Positions 7,919-18,235 are shown, counted from the stretch's first letter. The stretch: 64,000 nt of DNA from Dehalococcoidia bacterium (GCA_963665775.2 CAXXTF010000001.1:352001-416000); one strand, 5' to 3'. A program made the numbers and translations. The notes: generated from the sequence alone by a model not told the origin.

Positions 7919-9832
7919 TCAGCCAGCGGGCAGCGAGGACGGCGAGAGCCTGGTGTCCGGCGAGCGACCGTCGTCGCCGGGAGCCGCCTGCTCATACGTC
8001 ATACGGTAGAGCCGAGCGTATAGGCCGTCGAGGGCCAGGAGCTGATCGTGGCTCCCCTCCTCAGCAATGCGGCCCTGCTCCACTACCACCACCCGGTCGA
8101 CGTCGCGGATTGTGGAGAGCCGGTGGGCTATGACGAAGGACGTGCGCCCCTTGAGCAGCCGCTTGAGGGCTTTCTGGATTACCACCTCCGTGCGGGTGTC
8201 CACGTTCGCCGTCGCCTCGTCCAAAATGAGGATTCGCGGGTCGGCCAGGACGGCGCGGGCGAAGGCGACGAGCTGGCGCTGGCCCTGGGAAAGGTTCTGG
8301 CCACGCTCTTGGAGGACCGTGTCGTAACCGTCGGCCAAGCGCTCGATGAAATCGTGGGCCCCTACCGTACTGGCCGCCTGTCTGACCTCATCGTCGCTGG
8401 CCTCCAGCCGGCCGTACCGGATGTTCTCGCGCACGCTGCCTGAGAATACGAAGGGGTCCTGGAGCACGATGCCCAGACGGCGGGCCAGAGAGCGGTGCTC
8501 AATCTGACGGATGTCCGTGCCGTCTATGCGGAGACTGCCCTCGCTGACATCGTAGAAGCGGGCGACGAGGGCGGTGAGGGTGCTCTTACCGGCACCGGTG
8601 GGCCCCACCAGGGCCAGGCTCTCGCCGGGGCGGATGTGCAGGTTGATGTCCTGCAGCACCGGCACCCCGGGCACGTATTGGAAGCTGACGTGGTCGAACA
8701 CGATGTCGCCCCGGACGTCGGGCAGCTCGATGGCGTCCTCGGCGTCCACGATCTCCGGCTTCGTATCCAGCACCTCGAAGATGCGCTGGCCCCCGGCCAT
8801 CGCCCGCTGTAGCTGCGTATACTGCATGACGAGGCTCCGTACGGGATCGAAGAATCGCTGGACGTAGAGGGCAAAGGCGACGAGGATGCCGATGGTCAGG
8901 GTCTCTTCAAACACCCGTATCCCACCGAATACGATGATCAGGGCCGTGGCCGCTGCCATCAGCAGTTCCACCACGGGCAGGACGGCCGCCGTGAGGCGGC
9001 CAGCCTCCACGTTAGCGCTCCAGTTATCGGCGTTCACCGCGTCGAAGCGGCGCAAGTTCTCGCCCTCTCGGGAGAGACTCTGGATAACGCGCACCCCGGA
9101 GACGTTCTCCTGAAGGTTGGCGTTGACGATGGCGATCTTCTGCCGGGCCCGGCTGAACACCCGGCGAGCGCGGACCTGCCATATGGCCATGATCACGATG
9201 AGCACAGGCATGAAGGTGAAGGTGATGAGAGCGAGCGGCACGTCCATGACTAACATGAAGATGACTATCATGCCGAGGCCGACGAACTCCGACATGATCA
9301 AGAGGATGCCGCTGGTAAGGAGCTCCTGCAGGACGGTGACGTCGTTCTGGACGCGGGACATCACGCGGCCCACCTCGTTCCGGTCCAGGAAGCTAACCGA
9401 GAGCTTCTGGATGTGATCGAACATGTCCGTGCGCAGCTTCCGCAGCACGCTGTGCCCCATGTAGGCGGTCGTGATCTGCTGAATGAACTGTCCGATCCAG
9501 CCCATGATGGCCAGCCCCACCAGGGCAGCGCCGATAAGGGCTACCCCCTGAAGATCGCCGTCCTTGAAGATGTAGCTGTCGATGGCCAGACCGATGAGGA
9601 AAGGCTGGCTGGCGCCGGCCCCGGCGAACAGGAGCATACCAAGAAAGGCCAGGGCAACCTGCCTCTTATACGGCTTAACATAGGGGATCAGCCGCCGCAC
9701 AACCCTATGGTCGTAAGCGCTGCCCAACTCCTCGTCGTCCCAGCCGTCGGCGCTAGGCTGACCGCTGCCTCGCCGCATTGCGTTGGCCCCCCAGCCCCCG
9801 CCGCCCCCGTGTCCACCACCCCAGTGACCCAC
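7919..9832 (-). CDS. ABC exporter, fused permease/ATPase (heterodimer subunit B)
   Basis: TM domain, GPTGAGKS, LSQGQRQL, ILDEAT, AHRLST. Confidence 0.95.
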   Translation of the reverse strand: MGHWGGGHGGGGGWGANAMRRGSGQPSADGWDDEELGSAYDHRVVRRLIPYVKPYKRQVALAFLGMLLFAGAGASQPFLIGLAIDSYIFKDGDLQGVALIGAALVGLAIMGWIGQFIQQITTAYMGHSVLRKLRTDMFDHIQKLSVSFLDRNEVGRVMSRVQNDVTVLQELLTSGILLIMSEFVGLGMIVIFMLVMDVPLALITFTFMPVLIVIMAIWQVRARRVFSRARQKIAIVNANLQENVSGVRVIQSLSREGENLRRFDAVNADNWSANVEAGRLTAAVLPVVELLMAAATALIIVFGGIRVFEETLTIGILVAFALYVQRFFDPVRSLVMQYTQLQRAMAGGQRIFEVLDTKPEIVDAEDAIELPDVRGDIVFDHVSFQYVPGVPVLQDINLHIRPGESLALVGPTGAGKSTLTALVARFYDVSEGSLRIDGTDIRQIEHRSLARRLGIVLQDPFVFSGSVRENIRYGRLEASDDEVRQAASTVGAHDFIERLADGYDTVLQERGQNLSQGQRQLVAFARAVLADPRILILDEATANVDTRTEVVIQKALKRLLKGRTSFVIAHRLSTIRDVDRVVVVEQGRIAEEGSHDQLLALDGLYARLYRMTYEQAAPGDDGRSPDTRLSPSSLPAG

Positions 9833-9834
9833 GA

Positions 9835-11649
9835 CTAACTTCCTGCCGCCGAGGCCGCCACCTGTTCAGAGGTGCGCCTTGTGTCCAGCGCCTCCTCCTG
9901 GTCTCGCAGCTCCAGGTCGTATATCTGCCGATAGAGGCCGCCTTTGCTCAGGAGCTGATCATGCCGGCCCCGCTCCACGATCTGGCCATCTTCCAGAACC
10001 AATATCTGATCGGCCATCTTCACGGTGCGCAGCCGTTGGGCGATGACGAACGTGGTGCGGCCCTTCATAAGCTCCGCCAGTGTCTGCTGGATCAGGTACT
10101 CTGTCTCCGTATCCACGCTGGAGGTAGAATCGTCCAGAATGAGGATGCGAGGGTCCATCAGCATCGTCCGGGCCAGAGCGATGCGCTGCTTCTGGCCGCC
10201 GGAGAGGGTGATGCCCCGCTCTCCCACCCAGGTGTCGTAGCCATCGGGCAGGCCGACGATGAAGTCGTGGATATAGGCCGCCTTGGCCGCTGCCTCGATC
10301 TGCTCCTGGCTGGTGCCTACGGCACCGTACGCGATGTTGTCCCGGACGGTAGCGGAGAAGAGGAAGACCTCTTGCTGGACGGTGCCGATGGCCGCGCGCA
10401 GGGACGCTAGGGTGGTGTCCCGAATGTCCACGCCGTCGATTGTGATGCGACCGTTGGTGACGTCGTAGAAGCGCGGCATCAGGTTGACAACGGTCGTCTT
10501 ACCGCTGCCCGTGGGGCCCATGAGGGCCACCACCTGGCCCGGTCGAGCATCGATGTCGATCCCGCTCAGGACCGGACTGATCGAGTCGTAGCCAAAGGAC
10601 ACGTCCTCGAACCGGAGGTGGCCCTTCACCGCCGCCAGATCGGCGGCGCCGGCCGTCTCCTGGACCGCCGACTCAGCGTCCAGGATCTCGATGATGCGCT
10701 GGCCGGCCGACTGGGCGCGCGTCGCGATCATGATGATCCAGCCCAGGCTTCGCACCGGCACCTGCAAGATCGTCAGATAGAGGAGGAAGAGAACCAGACC
10801 TCCCTCTCCCAGATCGCCGGAGATCACCTGCCGCCCGCCGAACCAGAGAACGGCAGCCGCCGCCCCCAGCCACAACCCCGACATGATGGGGGCGTTCACG
10901 GCTTGAACGCGACTGGATTGGTAGGAGTCCTGGAACAGGGCATCGGCCTCTACGCGGAACTTTCGGCCCTCGTGCTCTTCACGGGCGAAGGCCTTGACCA
11001 CGCGGGCACCGGTGAGGGCCTCCTGAAGGACCGTGGTCATGCGCGCTAGGCCCTCTTGCACCCTCATCCACAGAGGCCTGAGCGTAAGGGACATGACTGC
11101 GGCGCGCCAGGCGATGAAGGGCAGGAAGGCCCACACGACCAACGCCAGCTTCCAATTTACAATGAGCATGATGGTCAGAACGGCGATCAGCAGGATAAAA
11201 ACGTAGACGAAGCGCAGCACGCCCATCTGGATGAACTGGCGGACCGCTTCCACATCCTGCGTCGCCCGCGACATCAGCTGGCCGGTCTGCTGCTGGTCGT
11301 GGTAGGCGTAGGAGAGCCGCTGTAGCCGGTCGTAGATGCTATTTCGGAGGTCGTAGGCCACCCGCTGACCGAGCCACTCACCCAGATAGGTCTGACCGAA
11401 GGCGAACACCCCGCGCAGAAGGGCAACGGCCACGATCGCCGCAGCCGCTATCAGCAAGAGGCTGCGATTGCCGGTGGCAATCTGTAGCCCATCCTCATCG
11501 AATTCGGGCGCCAGGCCGTAATCGATGGCCCAGGCAATGATCAGGGGCATGGCGAGCATGAAGGCGCCGGCGGCGAACACACAGAAGAGGGCCAGGGCCG
11601 TTCGCCGCTTATAGATGCCGAGGAAGCTGATCAGGCGTATTGCGTACAT
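9835..11649 (-). CDS. ABC exporter, fused permease/ATPase (heterodimer subunit A, degenerate site)
   Basis: GPTGSGKT, LSGGQKQR, ILDDSTS and AQRL (E>D and H>Q, as in TM287-like subunits). Confidence 0.95.
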   Translation of the reverse strand: MYAIRLISFLGIYKRRTALALFCVFAAGAFMLAMPLIIAWAIDYGLAPEFDEDGLQIATGNRSLLLIAAAAIVAVALLRGVFAFGQTYLGEWLGQRVAYDLRNSIYDRLQRLSYAYHDQQQTGQLMSRATQDVEAVRQFIQMGVLRFVYVFILLIAVLTIMLIVNWKLALVVWAFLPFIAWRAAVMSLTLRPLWMRVQEGLARMTTVLQEALTGARVVKAFAREEHEGRKFRVEADALFQDSYQSSRVQAVNAPIMSGLWLGAAAAVLWFGGRQVISGDLGEGGLVLFLLYLTILQVPVRSLGWIIMIATRAQSAGQRIIEILDAESAVQETAGAADLAAVKGHLRFEDVSFGYDSISPVLSGIDIDARPGQVVALMGPTGSGKTTVVNLMPRFYDVTNGRITIDGVDIRDTTLASLRAAIGTVQQEVFLFSATVRDNIAYGAVGTSQEQIEAAAKAAYIHDFIVGLPDGYDTWVGERGITLSGGQKQRIALARTMLMDPRILILDDSTSSVDTETEYLIQQTLAELMKGRTTFVIAQRLRTVKMADQILVLEDGQIVERGRHDQLLSKGGLYRQIYDLELRDQEEALDTRRTSEQVAASAAGS

Positions 11650-11789
11650 ATAGTCTGAACTAGATATTAGTGACGACTTAGCCCATTGTAGCTACATCTT
11701 ACGCTAACGTAAAGGGCGCAGATGGCCCGCTCTCCCTCGCCGTTTCGGACGGCGCTCCGCCGAAGGGCTATGCTAAAATTAGCGCTGAG

Positions 11790-12485
11790 ATGATAACGGC
11801 GGCTGGACGGTACCATATCCGCCCCATGAACCTGTCAGATATCCATCAGGTGATGGAGGTGGAAAAGCAGTCCTTTCCCACCATGTGGCCCCAGACTGCC
11901 TTCAAGCACGAGCTGGAGGAGAACCGGCTGGCGCGCTACCTGGTCGTCGTAGAGCGCGACGATCCCCCCACGCGAGAAGCGGCGCCATCGTCCAAGCTGC
12001 CGGACGCCGGAGCCGCGCCGGGCGCCCTCGGCCGCTTCCGCTTCCTGGGAAAGCTCCGGCACAACCTGGGCGGATCCGAGGGGAGGAGTCCGCCACCGCC
12101 AGAGGAACGGCCTGAGGCAATCCTAGGATTCATCGGCGTATGGCTGCTGCCGGACGATGCCCACATCGTCACCGTGGCCGTGCGCGAGAGCCACCGCCGG
12201 CGCGGCATCGGCGAGCTTCTCGTCATCGCAGCCATCGAGCTGGCCCAGGAGGATCAGCATTCGCAGGTCAGCCTGGAGTGCCGTGTCTCCAACACGCCGG
12301 CCCTCGCCCTCTACGAGAAGTACGGGTTCCGCCAGGTGGGGCTCCGCCCCCGCTACTATTCCGACAATCACGAAGACGCCTACATCCTGGCCGTCCGCTC
12401 CGTCACCTCTCCTCAGTACCGCAGCGAGTTCCAGCGTCTGAAGATAGCGCACCAACAACGCCGCGACAACGAGCCCGATCTGTAG
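11790..12485 (+). CDS. rimI: Ribosomal-protein-alanine N-acetyltransferase (GNAT) with internal insertion
   Basis: IRPM..DI..V..E..SF..W, AHIVTVAV..RRRGIG, LECRVSN..ALALYEKYGF..RPRYYSDNHEDA. Confidence 0.88.
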   Translation: MITAAGRYHIRPMNLSDIHQVMEVEKQSFPTMWPQTAFKHELEENRLARYLVVVERDDPPTREAAPSSKLPDAGAAPGALGRFRFLGKLRHNLGGSEGRSPPPPEERPEAILGFIGVWLLPDDAHIVTVAVRESHRRRGIGELLVIAAIELAQEDQHSQVSLECRVSNTPALALYEKYGFRQVGLRPRYYSDNHEDAYILAVRSVTSPQYRSEFQRLKIAHQQRRDNEPDL

Positions 12486-12513
12486 CTCGTATCCCCCAGG
12501 CCAACCCCACCAG

Positions 12514-13245
12514 CTACTGGGGGATCACCAGGACATCGCCGGGATGGAGGAGATCATCCTCCGTGAGGCCGTTGACAGCGAGCAGGTCTTCTATGCTCAC
12601 GCCGAACGAATCGGCGATCCCGTAGAGAGTGTCGCCCTCAACGACGGTGTACTCAAGAGGGCCGTCGGCGGTGGGCACAGGGGTTGCGGTGGGAGATGGG
12701 GCCGGCGTGGCGGTAGGGGTGGCTTCTGAAGCGACGGTGGGAATCACAAGTATCTGGCCGACCTGTATCAGGCTCTCCAGGGTGAGTCCGTTAACGGTGG
12801 CCAGCTCCTCGGCATCGACTCCGAAGACGTCTGCGATGCCGTAAAAGGTGTCCCCTTCGACAACGGTGTACGCGATGGGGGTAGGCTCAGGAGTTGGTGT
12901 GGGAGTCAGCGTGGGAGTCGGCGTGGCCGGTGGAGGCAGCGTAGGTATGGGAGTGGGAGTAGCGGTAGGGCTGGACACGCTGGGCCCGGGGCCGGGCGTG
13001 GGGTCTGGCAGGCTAACCTCTGAGAGCTGGCCCGGGATCGAGGGCGGCCGAACGAGCAGCCAAAGAGCCAGGACGCTGGCGAAGAGAAGAGCCAAGATGG
13101 AGATGCGGAAGACGGCGCCGGAAGGGGCAGCGTTAACGGGATTCAAGCAATCGGCGCAAATATCGTCGCCGTGGGCACCGCAGTAGAGGTTCCCACAGAG
13201 GGAACAGGACGCGGTCGCCTCTTGGTCGCAGGCGTAGCAGTCCAT
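12514..13245 (-). CDS. Membrane protein: N-terminal Cys/His Zn-finger, TM helix, Pro/Thr linker, two LysM domains
   Basis: CxxC..CxxC..CxxH..CxxC; hydrophobic stretch; PTPT repeats; two YTVVEGDT.YGIAD.FGV..L..NGL LysM units. Confidence 0.85.
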   Translation of the reverse strand: MDCYACDQEATASCSLCGNLYCGAHGDDICADCLNPVNAAPSGAVFRISILALLFASVLALWLLVRPPSIPGQLSEVSLPDPTPGPGPSVSSPTATPTPIPTLPPPATPTPTLTPTPTPEPTPIAYTVVEGDTFYGIADVFGVDAEELATVNGLTLESLIQVGQILVIPTVASEATPTATPAPSPTATPVPTADGPLEYTVVEGDTLYGIADSFGVSIEDLLAVNGLTEDDLLHPGDVLVIPQ

Positions 13246-13258
13246 CTTCGTTTATCAC

Positions 13259-13291
13259 GGGTCGGGTCGGCAAGAGGTACCGACCCGACCC
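13259..13291. terminator. Hairpin downstream of rplL
   Basis: GGGTCGGGTCGG-N9-CCGACCCGACCC, 12-bp perfect stem; no clear U-tract. Confidence 0.55.
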
Positions 13292-13302
13292 AATTTTACT
13301 CG

Positions 13303-13716
13303 CTATTCAAGTTCGACGGTAGCTCCGGCCTCCCGCAGCTTGCCGACCACATCCTCCGCATCGACCTTCGTGACACCCTCCTTCACGTTAGTCGGGGCGG
13401 CCTCCACCAGGTCCTTGGCCTCCTTGAGGCCCAGCGTTGTGACCTCCCGGACGACCTTGATGACGTTGATCTTCTTGTCGCCGATGTCCTTGAGCACCAC
13501 AGCCCACTCGGTCTTCTCCTCCTCGGCGGCCGGTAACTCGCCCGCCGAGGCAGCGGCAGCGGGGGCAGCGGCCACCGCCACAGGGGCGGCGGCGGTGATG
13601 CCAAACTGGTCCTTCATGCGCTCGTTGAGGTCGTGCAGCTCCAGCATCGTCATCTGCCCGATCAGGTCGACAACTTGATCCACTCGCTTCTGATCGTCGG
13701 TTGCTCCTTTAGCCAT
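13303..13716 (-). CDS. rplL: 50S ribosomal protein L7/L12
   Basis: Ala-rich hinge, EEKTEW.V.L, KINVIKVVRE.T.LGLKEAKDLVE. Confidence 0.97.
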   Translation of the reverse strand: MAKGATDDQKRVDQVVDLIGQMTMLELHDLNERMKDQFGITAAAPVAVAAAPAAAASAGELPAAEEEKTEWAVVLKDIGDKKINVIKVVREVTTLGLKEAKDLVEAAPTNVKEGVTKVDAEDVVGKLREAGATVELE

Positions 13717-13734
13717 TGCAGGTCTCCTTTCTTC

Positions 13735-14295
13735 CTATTGCGCTTCTTCGAGCTGATTCGCTCTGGCTTCTATAAGGCCTGGAAATTCCGAGAGAGCGGA
13801 GTGTAAGAGGCCGGAGAGCTCCTGGAGGGGTGCGTCCAGGAGGCCCAGGAACCCCGCCAGCGGCGACTGGATCTGGCCCAGGATATTGGCCAGCATGACG
13901 GGCCGGGCGGGCAGGCGCACCAGCTCGCGGAGCTCCGCCGCCGAGACGACCTGCCCATCCAGGAAGGCGCCGCGTACAGCGAAGGCGGAAGGGGCGCCCT
14001 GGGCGTACTCTGTGACCGCCTTGGCGGCCTCGACGGAGTCGCCGTAGGAGAAGGCGAGGGCGGTGGGCCCCTCCACGATGCTCATGAGCTCCGCCTGCCC
14101 GGCCTCCTGAGCGGCGAGGCGGAGGAGGGAGTTCTTGATCACCTTGACCTCCACGCCGCCGGCCCGCAAGCGGCGGCGCATCTGGTCCACCTCCCTCACG
14201 GTAAGGCCGCGGTAGTCCGCGCTGACGACGATCGAGGCCCGCTCTATACGGTCCTTCAGATCGGCGACCGTCTCGATCTTCTTCTGGGTGGGCAT
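13735..14295 (-). CDS. rplJ: 50S ribosomal protein L10
   Basis: DYRGLTV..RRRLR..VKVIKNSLL..GPTALAF; position. Confidence 0.96.
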   Translation of the reverse strand: MPTQKKIETVADLKDRIERASIVVSADYRGLTVREVDQMRRRLRAGGVEVKVIKNSLLRLAAQEAGQAELMSIVEGPTALAFSYGDSVEAAKAVTEYAQGAPSAFAVRGAFLDGQVVSAAELRELVRLPARPVMLANILGQIQSPLAGFLGLLDAPLQELSGLLHSALSEFPGLIEARANQLEEAQ

Positions 14296-14335
14296 TGGCC
14301 CTCCTCGATTCAGAGGCCCGAAGGCCCCCTATCCA

Positions 14336-14490
14336 CAACAAAAAGCCCTTGCCGTAAGAGGCAAGGGACACCAACTCTCGTCTTTGCTTCCAGCCTTAAG
14401 GCTGGGGCAGCGGACGGTGATCGATCCGGTTGCCTCGGCGGGCCAGCGATTAAGCCCCAAAGGGCGCCCGCTATCTGCGGCGGTTCGTCT
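14336..14490 (-). ncRNA. Ribosomal protein L10 leader with attenuator hairpin
   Basis: Minus strand AGAUAGCGGG..UUAA..CCCGCCGAGG core; downstream hairpin CCCUUGCC..GGCAAGGG followed by a U-run before rplJ. Confidence 0.65.
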
Positions 14491-14494
14491 GGTA

Positions 14495-15217
14495 TTATAC
14501 GGCAGCGTCGCCGCTTAGGGAAAGGGCGGCGGGGATATCCAGCTTGATGCCGGGACCCATCGTCGCGGTCAGAGTCATAGAGCGAATATACTGCCCCTTG
14601 GCGCCGGAAGGCTTCTCGTGGACAACGGCATCGATGAGCGCCGTCAGGTTCTCCAGGAGAGCGTCCTCTGTGAAACCGACCTTGCCCAGGGGCACGTGGA
14701 TCAGGGAGGTACGATCCGTGCGGAACTCTACCCGGCCCTGCTTGGCGTCACGGATCGCCTTGGGGAGGTCTTCATCCTGGACCACCGTGTTCGTGCGGGG
14801 GTTGGGCATGAGACCGCGCGGGCCGAGGACGCGGCCCAACCGTCCAACCTTGGGCATAACTTCCTTGACGGCAAGGGCAACTTCGAACTCCATCCAGCCA
14901 CCCTCGATCTTCTTCGCCAGCTCGTCGGTGCCCACGTAGTCGGCGCCCGCCCCCTCAGCGATACTAGCAGCCTCCCCTTCGGCGAACACGAGGACGCGCT
15001 GCTCCTTACCCAGTCCGTTAGGGAGGACGAGTGTGCCCCGAATCTGCTGATCGGCGTGGCGGGTATCCAGGCCGGTGCGGATATGCAGCTCCACCGTCTC
15101 GTCGAACTTGGCGAAGGCGGTCTCCTTCAAGAGGCTGACAGCCTCACGTGGCTCATAATTGCTGAGGCGGTCGATCCTTTCCACGGCGGCTTGGTACTTT
15201 TTCCCAGGTCGGGGCAT
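14495..15217 (-). CDS. rplA: 50S ribosomal protein L1
   Basis: AKFDETVE, LGRVLGPRGLMPNP, TMGPGI. Confidence 0.98.
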   Translation of the reverse strand: MPRPGKKYQAAVERIDRLSNYEPREAVSLLKETAFAKFDETVELHIRTGLDTRHADQQIRGTLVLPNGLGKEQRVLVFAEGEAASIAEGAGADYVGTDELAKKIEGGWMEFEVALAVKEVMPKVGRLGRVLGPRGLMPNPRTNTVVQDEDLPKAIRDAKQGRVEFRTDRTSLIHVPLGKVGFTEDALLENLTALIDAVVHEKPSGAKGQYIRSMTLTATMGPGIKLDIPAALSLSGDAAV

Positions 15218-15229
15218 GCTAACGTCTCC

Positions 15230-15652
15230 TTACGCTACCTCAACGCCCATGGAGCGGGCGGTGCCCTCCACCATGTGCATGGCGGCCTCGATATCGTTGG
15301 CGTTGAGATCTTTCATCTTGATCTCGGCGATCTGCCGGACCTGCTCCCGGCTGAGGGTGCCCACCTTCTCCCGCTTTTGGGCGGGGCTCCCCTTCTCTAT
15401 GCCCAGGGCCTTGCGGATAAGGTCCGAGGCCGGCGAGGTCTTGAGCACGAAGCCGAAGGAGCGATCCTCGTAGATGCTAATCTCCACGGGAACGATGCTG
15501 CCGGCCTGGGCGATGGTGCGCTCGTTATACTCCTTGCAGAAGGCCATGATATTGGCCCCGTGCTGTCCCAGGGCGGGCCCCACCGGCGGCGCCGGGGTAG
15601 CCTTACCGGCCTCCAGCTGAAGCTTGACGACGGCGCGGATCTTCTTAGCCAT
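15230..15652 (-). CDS. rplK: 50S ribosomal protein L11
   Basis: [31 protein letters not shown]. Confidence 0.98.
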   Translation of the reverse strand: MAKKIRAVVKLQLEAGKATPAPPVGPALGQHGANIMAFCKEYNERTIAQAGSIVPVEISIYEDRSFGFVLKTSPASDLIRKALGIEKGSPAQKREKVGTLSREQVRQIAEIKMKDLNANDIEAAMHMVEGTARSMGVEVA

Positions 15653-15717
15653 GCTGATACACCCTCTCCATCACTGCCCGGACTCCCCTTCTCAATAGAG
15701 CCCCGTCGGCGCCCCGG

Positions 15718-16395
15718 CTATAGACGCTCCACCTGGAGGAAGTCCAGCTCCACCGGAGTCTCGCGACCGAAGAAGGAGACGAGAACCTTAACCTTCCCCT
15801 TCTCCGGGTTGATCTCGTCGACGGTGCCCACGAAGTCGGTAAAGGGGCCGTCAACGATGCGGATGCTCTGGTTGAGGGTGAAGCCTACCTTGACGCGAGG
15901 CTCCTCTGAGCGCATCTGCCGCAGGATGGAGCGCAGTTCCGGCTCGTCCAGGGGGGTAGGCGCGGTGCCGGAGCCCACGAAGCCGGTGACGCCCGGCGAG
16001 TTGCGGACGACTGTCCAGGCCTTGCTGGAGTAGGCCTTGTCCTGGTCTGAGGCTGCGGGGTCCTCCTGCTTGAGCTCGATCATCTGAACGAGGACATAGC
16101 CGGGGAAGATCTTGCGGAGGACGGTGCGGCGCTGGCCGTCTCGAACCTCAACCTCCTCCACGGAGGGCACTATGACGTGGAAAACCAGATCCTCCGCATC
16201 CATTGACCGGATGCGCTGCTCCAGGTTGGTCTTGACCTTGTCCTCGTAGCCGGAGTAGGTATGGATGACGTACCAGCAGCGGTCCGCCCGGAAAACCTCG
16301 TCCTCACTGAGGCCGGGATCGCGGGGCTTGTCCTCGCGGACTTCGCCGGGGGTCTCCTCCAGAAGGGGCTGTGCGCTTCTCTTCCTTTTCGCCAC
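15718..16395 (-). CDS. nusG: Transcription termination/antitermination factor NusG
   Basis: WYVIHTYSGYE, FPGYVLV, VTGFVG, KOW motif, FGRETPVEL. Confidence 0.97.
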   Translation of the reverse strand: MAKRKRSAQPLLEETPGEVREDKPRDPGLSEDEVFRADRCWYVIHTYSGYEDKVKTNLEQRIRSMDAEDLVFHVIVPSVEEVEVRDGQRRTVLRKIFPGYVLVQMIELKQEDPAASDQDKAYSSKAWTVVRNSPGVTGFVGSGTAPTPLDEPELRSILRQMRSEEPRVKVGFTLNQSIRIVDGPFTDFVGTVDEINPEKGKVKVLVSFFGRETPVELDFLQVERL

Positions 16396-16407
16396 TGCAA
16401 ATCCCCC

Positions 16408-16737
16408 TTAGCGCAGGAGTGTGTTATCGACGAGCCAACCGAAGCCGATGTCTATGGCGCCGAGGAGGGCACCCAGAATGAGGGCGACGACGACGACAAC
16501 GCCAGTTAAGTGGACGACATCGTCTCGGCTGGGCCAGGCAACCTTGCGCAACTCGTTGAAGATATCCATGAAGAAACGGGGACGCCAGCTCCGGAGCCCG
16601 ACCGACCCCGAACCGCCATCGCGACGGGGGGGAGCCCGACCGGCACCTTGGCGGGACCCGGGGAGAGCGGCGGCCCTGGCGCCCCTGCCCTCCTTGGCCT
16701 GCCTGGTGGGATGTCGTCTGACGGAACGATTACTCAT
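16408..16737 (-). CDS. secE: Preprotein translocase subunit SecE
   Basis: ELRKVAWPSR followed by one TM helix; position upstream of nusG. Confidence 0.92.
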   Translation of the reverse strand: MSNRSVRRHPTRQAKEGRGARAAALPGSRQGAGRAPPRRDGGSGSVGLRSWRPRFFMDIFNELRKVAWPSRDDVVHLTGVVVVVALILGALLGAIDIGFGWLVDNTLLR

Positions 16738-16757
16738 GGTACTGCCCCAGCGCCTGT

Positions 16758-16922
16758 TTACCTGGACTCCCTGTGTGAACGATGGGCGCGGCAGCGCGGA
16801 CAGTACTTACGCAGTTCGATACGATCCGGATCGTTGCGCCGGTTCTTCTGCGTGCTGTAATTCCGGGACCGGCACTCCGTGCAGGCCAGGTCTACCACTA
16901 CCCGGTCTTCCTTTCTTGCCAC
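16758..16922 (-). CDS. rpmG: 50S ribosomal protein L33 (Zn-binding type); absent from the ORF track
   Basis: Manual translation from GTG: [54 protein letters not shown]. Confidence 0.95.
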   Translation of the reverse strand: MARKEDRVVVDLACTECRSRNYSTQKNRRNDPDRIELRKYCPRCRAHRSHRESR

Positions 16923-16963
16923 GTTACTCGGTTACCTTCCTTGCCATGTTACTCCGTTATCTT
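16914..16963. repeat. 25-bp tandem duplication of the tuf stop / rpmG start junction
   Basis: 16914-16938 and 16939-16963 are 21/25 identical. Confidence 0.8.
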
Positions 16964-18148
16964 TGTGATCACCCCGGCGCCCACGGTTCGCCCCCCCTCC
17001 CGGATTGCGAAGCGAACACCCTCCTCCAGAGCGACAGGGGTGATAAGATTTACGTCCATCTTTACGTTGTCGCCGGGCATCACCATCTCTACCCCCTCCG
17101 GCAGGGTAACATCGCCGGTGACGTCGGTGGTGCGGATGTAGAACTGGGGCCGGTAGCCCTGGAAGAACGGCGTATGGCGGCCACCCTCGTCCTTCGCCAG
17201 AATGTAGACCTCCCCCTCAAACTTCGTGCGGGGGCTAATAGAGCCGGGAACAGCCAACACCTGGCCGCGCTCTACCTCGTCTCGCTCGAGGCCGCGGAGG
17301 AGGCAGCCGACGTTGTCGCCGGGCTCCCCGGAGTCCAGTGTCTTGCGGAACATCTCCACGCCGGTGCAAACCGTCTTGCGAGTCTCACCGAAACCGACGA
17401 TCTCGACCTCCTCGCCGGGCTTGACGACACCCCGCTCGATGCGACCGGTGACGACGGTACCCCGCCCCTTAATACCGAAGACGTCCTCAATCGGCATGAG
17501 GAAGGGCAAGTCCCGCGGGCGGGCAGGCTCCGGAATGTACTCATCCAGGGCCTTGAGCAGCTCCCAGATGCTCTGGAACTCCGGCGCACTGGCGTCCGTG
17601 CTGGTGCTCTCCATGGCCTGGAGGGCGCTGCCACGAATGATGGGGATATCATCGCCGGGAAAGCCGTACTTGCTGAGGAGCTCCCGGACCTCCAGCTCGA
17701 TCAGGTCTAGGAGCTCCGGATCTTCCATCATGTCTACCTTGTTGAGGTAGACCACCATCGCGGGGACCTCCACCTGGCGCGCCAGCAGCACGTGCTCGCG
17801 GGTCTGGGGCATCGGTCCGTCATTGGCCGCGACGACCAGAATCGCTCCGTCCATCTGGGCGGCACCGGTGATCATATTCTTGATGTAGTCCGCGTGGCCG
17901 GGACAGTCGATGTGGGCGTAATGGCGCTTTTCCGTTTCGTACTCTACGTGCGCGATGGCGATCGTGATTCCGCGCTCACGCTCCTCGGGAGCCTTGTCGA
18001 TGCTGCCGAAGTCAACATATTCGGCCATTTGACTGACAGACATGGCTTTAGTCATCGCTGAGGTAAGGGTCGTCTTGCCATGATCGATATGGCCGATAGT
18101 ACCCACATTCACGTGCGGCTTGGTACGCACAAACTTCTGCTTGGCCAT
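16949..18148 (-). CDS. tuf: Elongation factor Tu
   Basis: [49 protein letters not shown]; start at ATG 18148. Confidence 0.99.
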   Translation of the reverse strand: MAKQKFVRTKPHVNVGTIGHIDHGKTTLTSAMTKAMSVSQMAEYVDFGSIDKAPEERERGITIAIAHVEYETEKRHYAHIDCPGHADYIKNMITGAAQMDGAILVVAANDGPMPQTREHVLLARQVEVPAMVVYLNKVDMMEDPELLDLIELEVRELLSKYGFPGDDIPIIRGSALQAMESTSTDASAPEFQSIWELLKALDEYIPEPARPRDLPFLMPIEDVFGIKGRGTVVTGRIERGVVKPGEEVEIVGFGETRKTVCTGVEMFRKTLDSGEPGDNVGCLLRGLERDEVERGQVLAVPGSISPRTKFEGEVYILAKDEGGRHTPFFQGYRPQFYIRTTDVTGDVTLPEGVEMVMPGDNVKMDVNLITPVALEEGVRFAIREGGRTVGAGVITKITE

Positions 18149-18235
18149 GTAGAGGTTCCTCCTATACCTGTGGCTCGTGGGCCAGATCCCGGTTTTCCAG
18201 CGGAACCCACCCACCCCATAATAGCGCCACTATAC

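Noticed and set aside
11960-12120. Insertion in RimI as an intein or mobile element
   Set aside because: Short Pro/Ala-rich loop with no Cys/Ser start or His-Asn end
12690-13010. Repetitive DNA in the LysM gene
   Set aside because: Explained by the Pro/Thr linker and duplicated LysM domains
14618-17710. Long + strand ORFs (14618..16033, 16421..17710) and similar antisense ORFs elsewhere
   Set aside because: Shadow frames opposite well-conserved genes, expected at high GC
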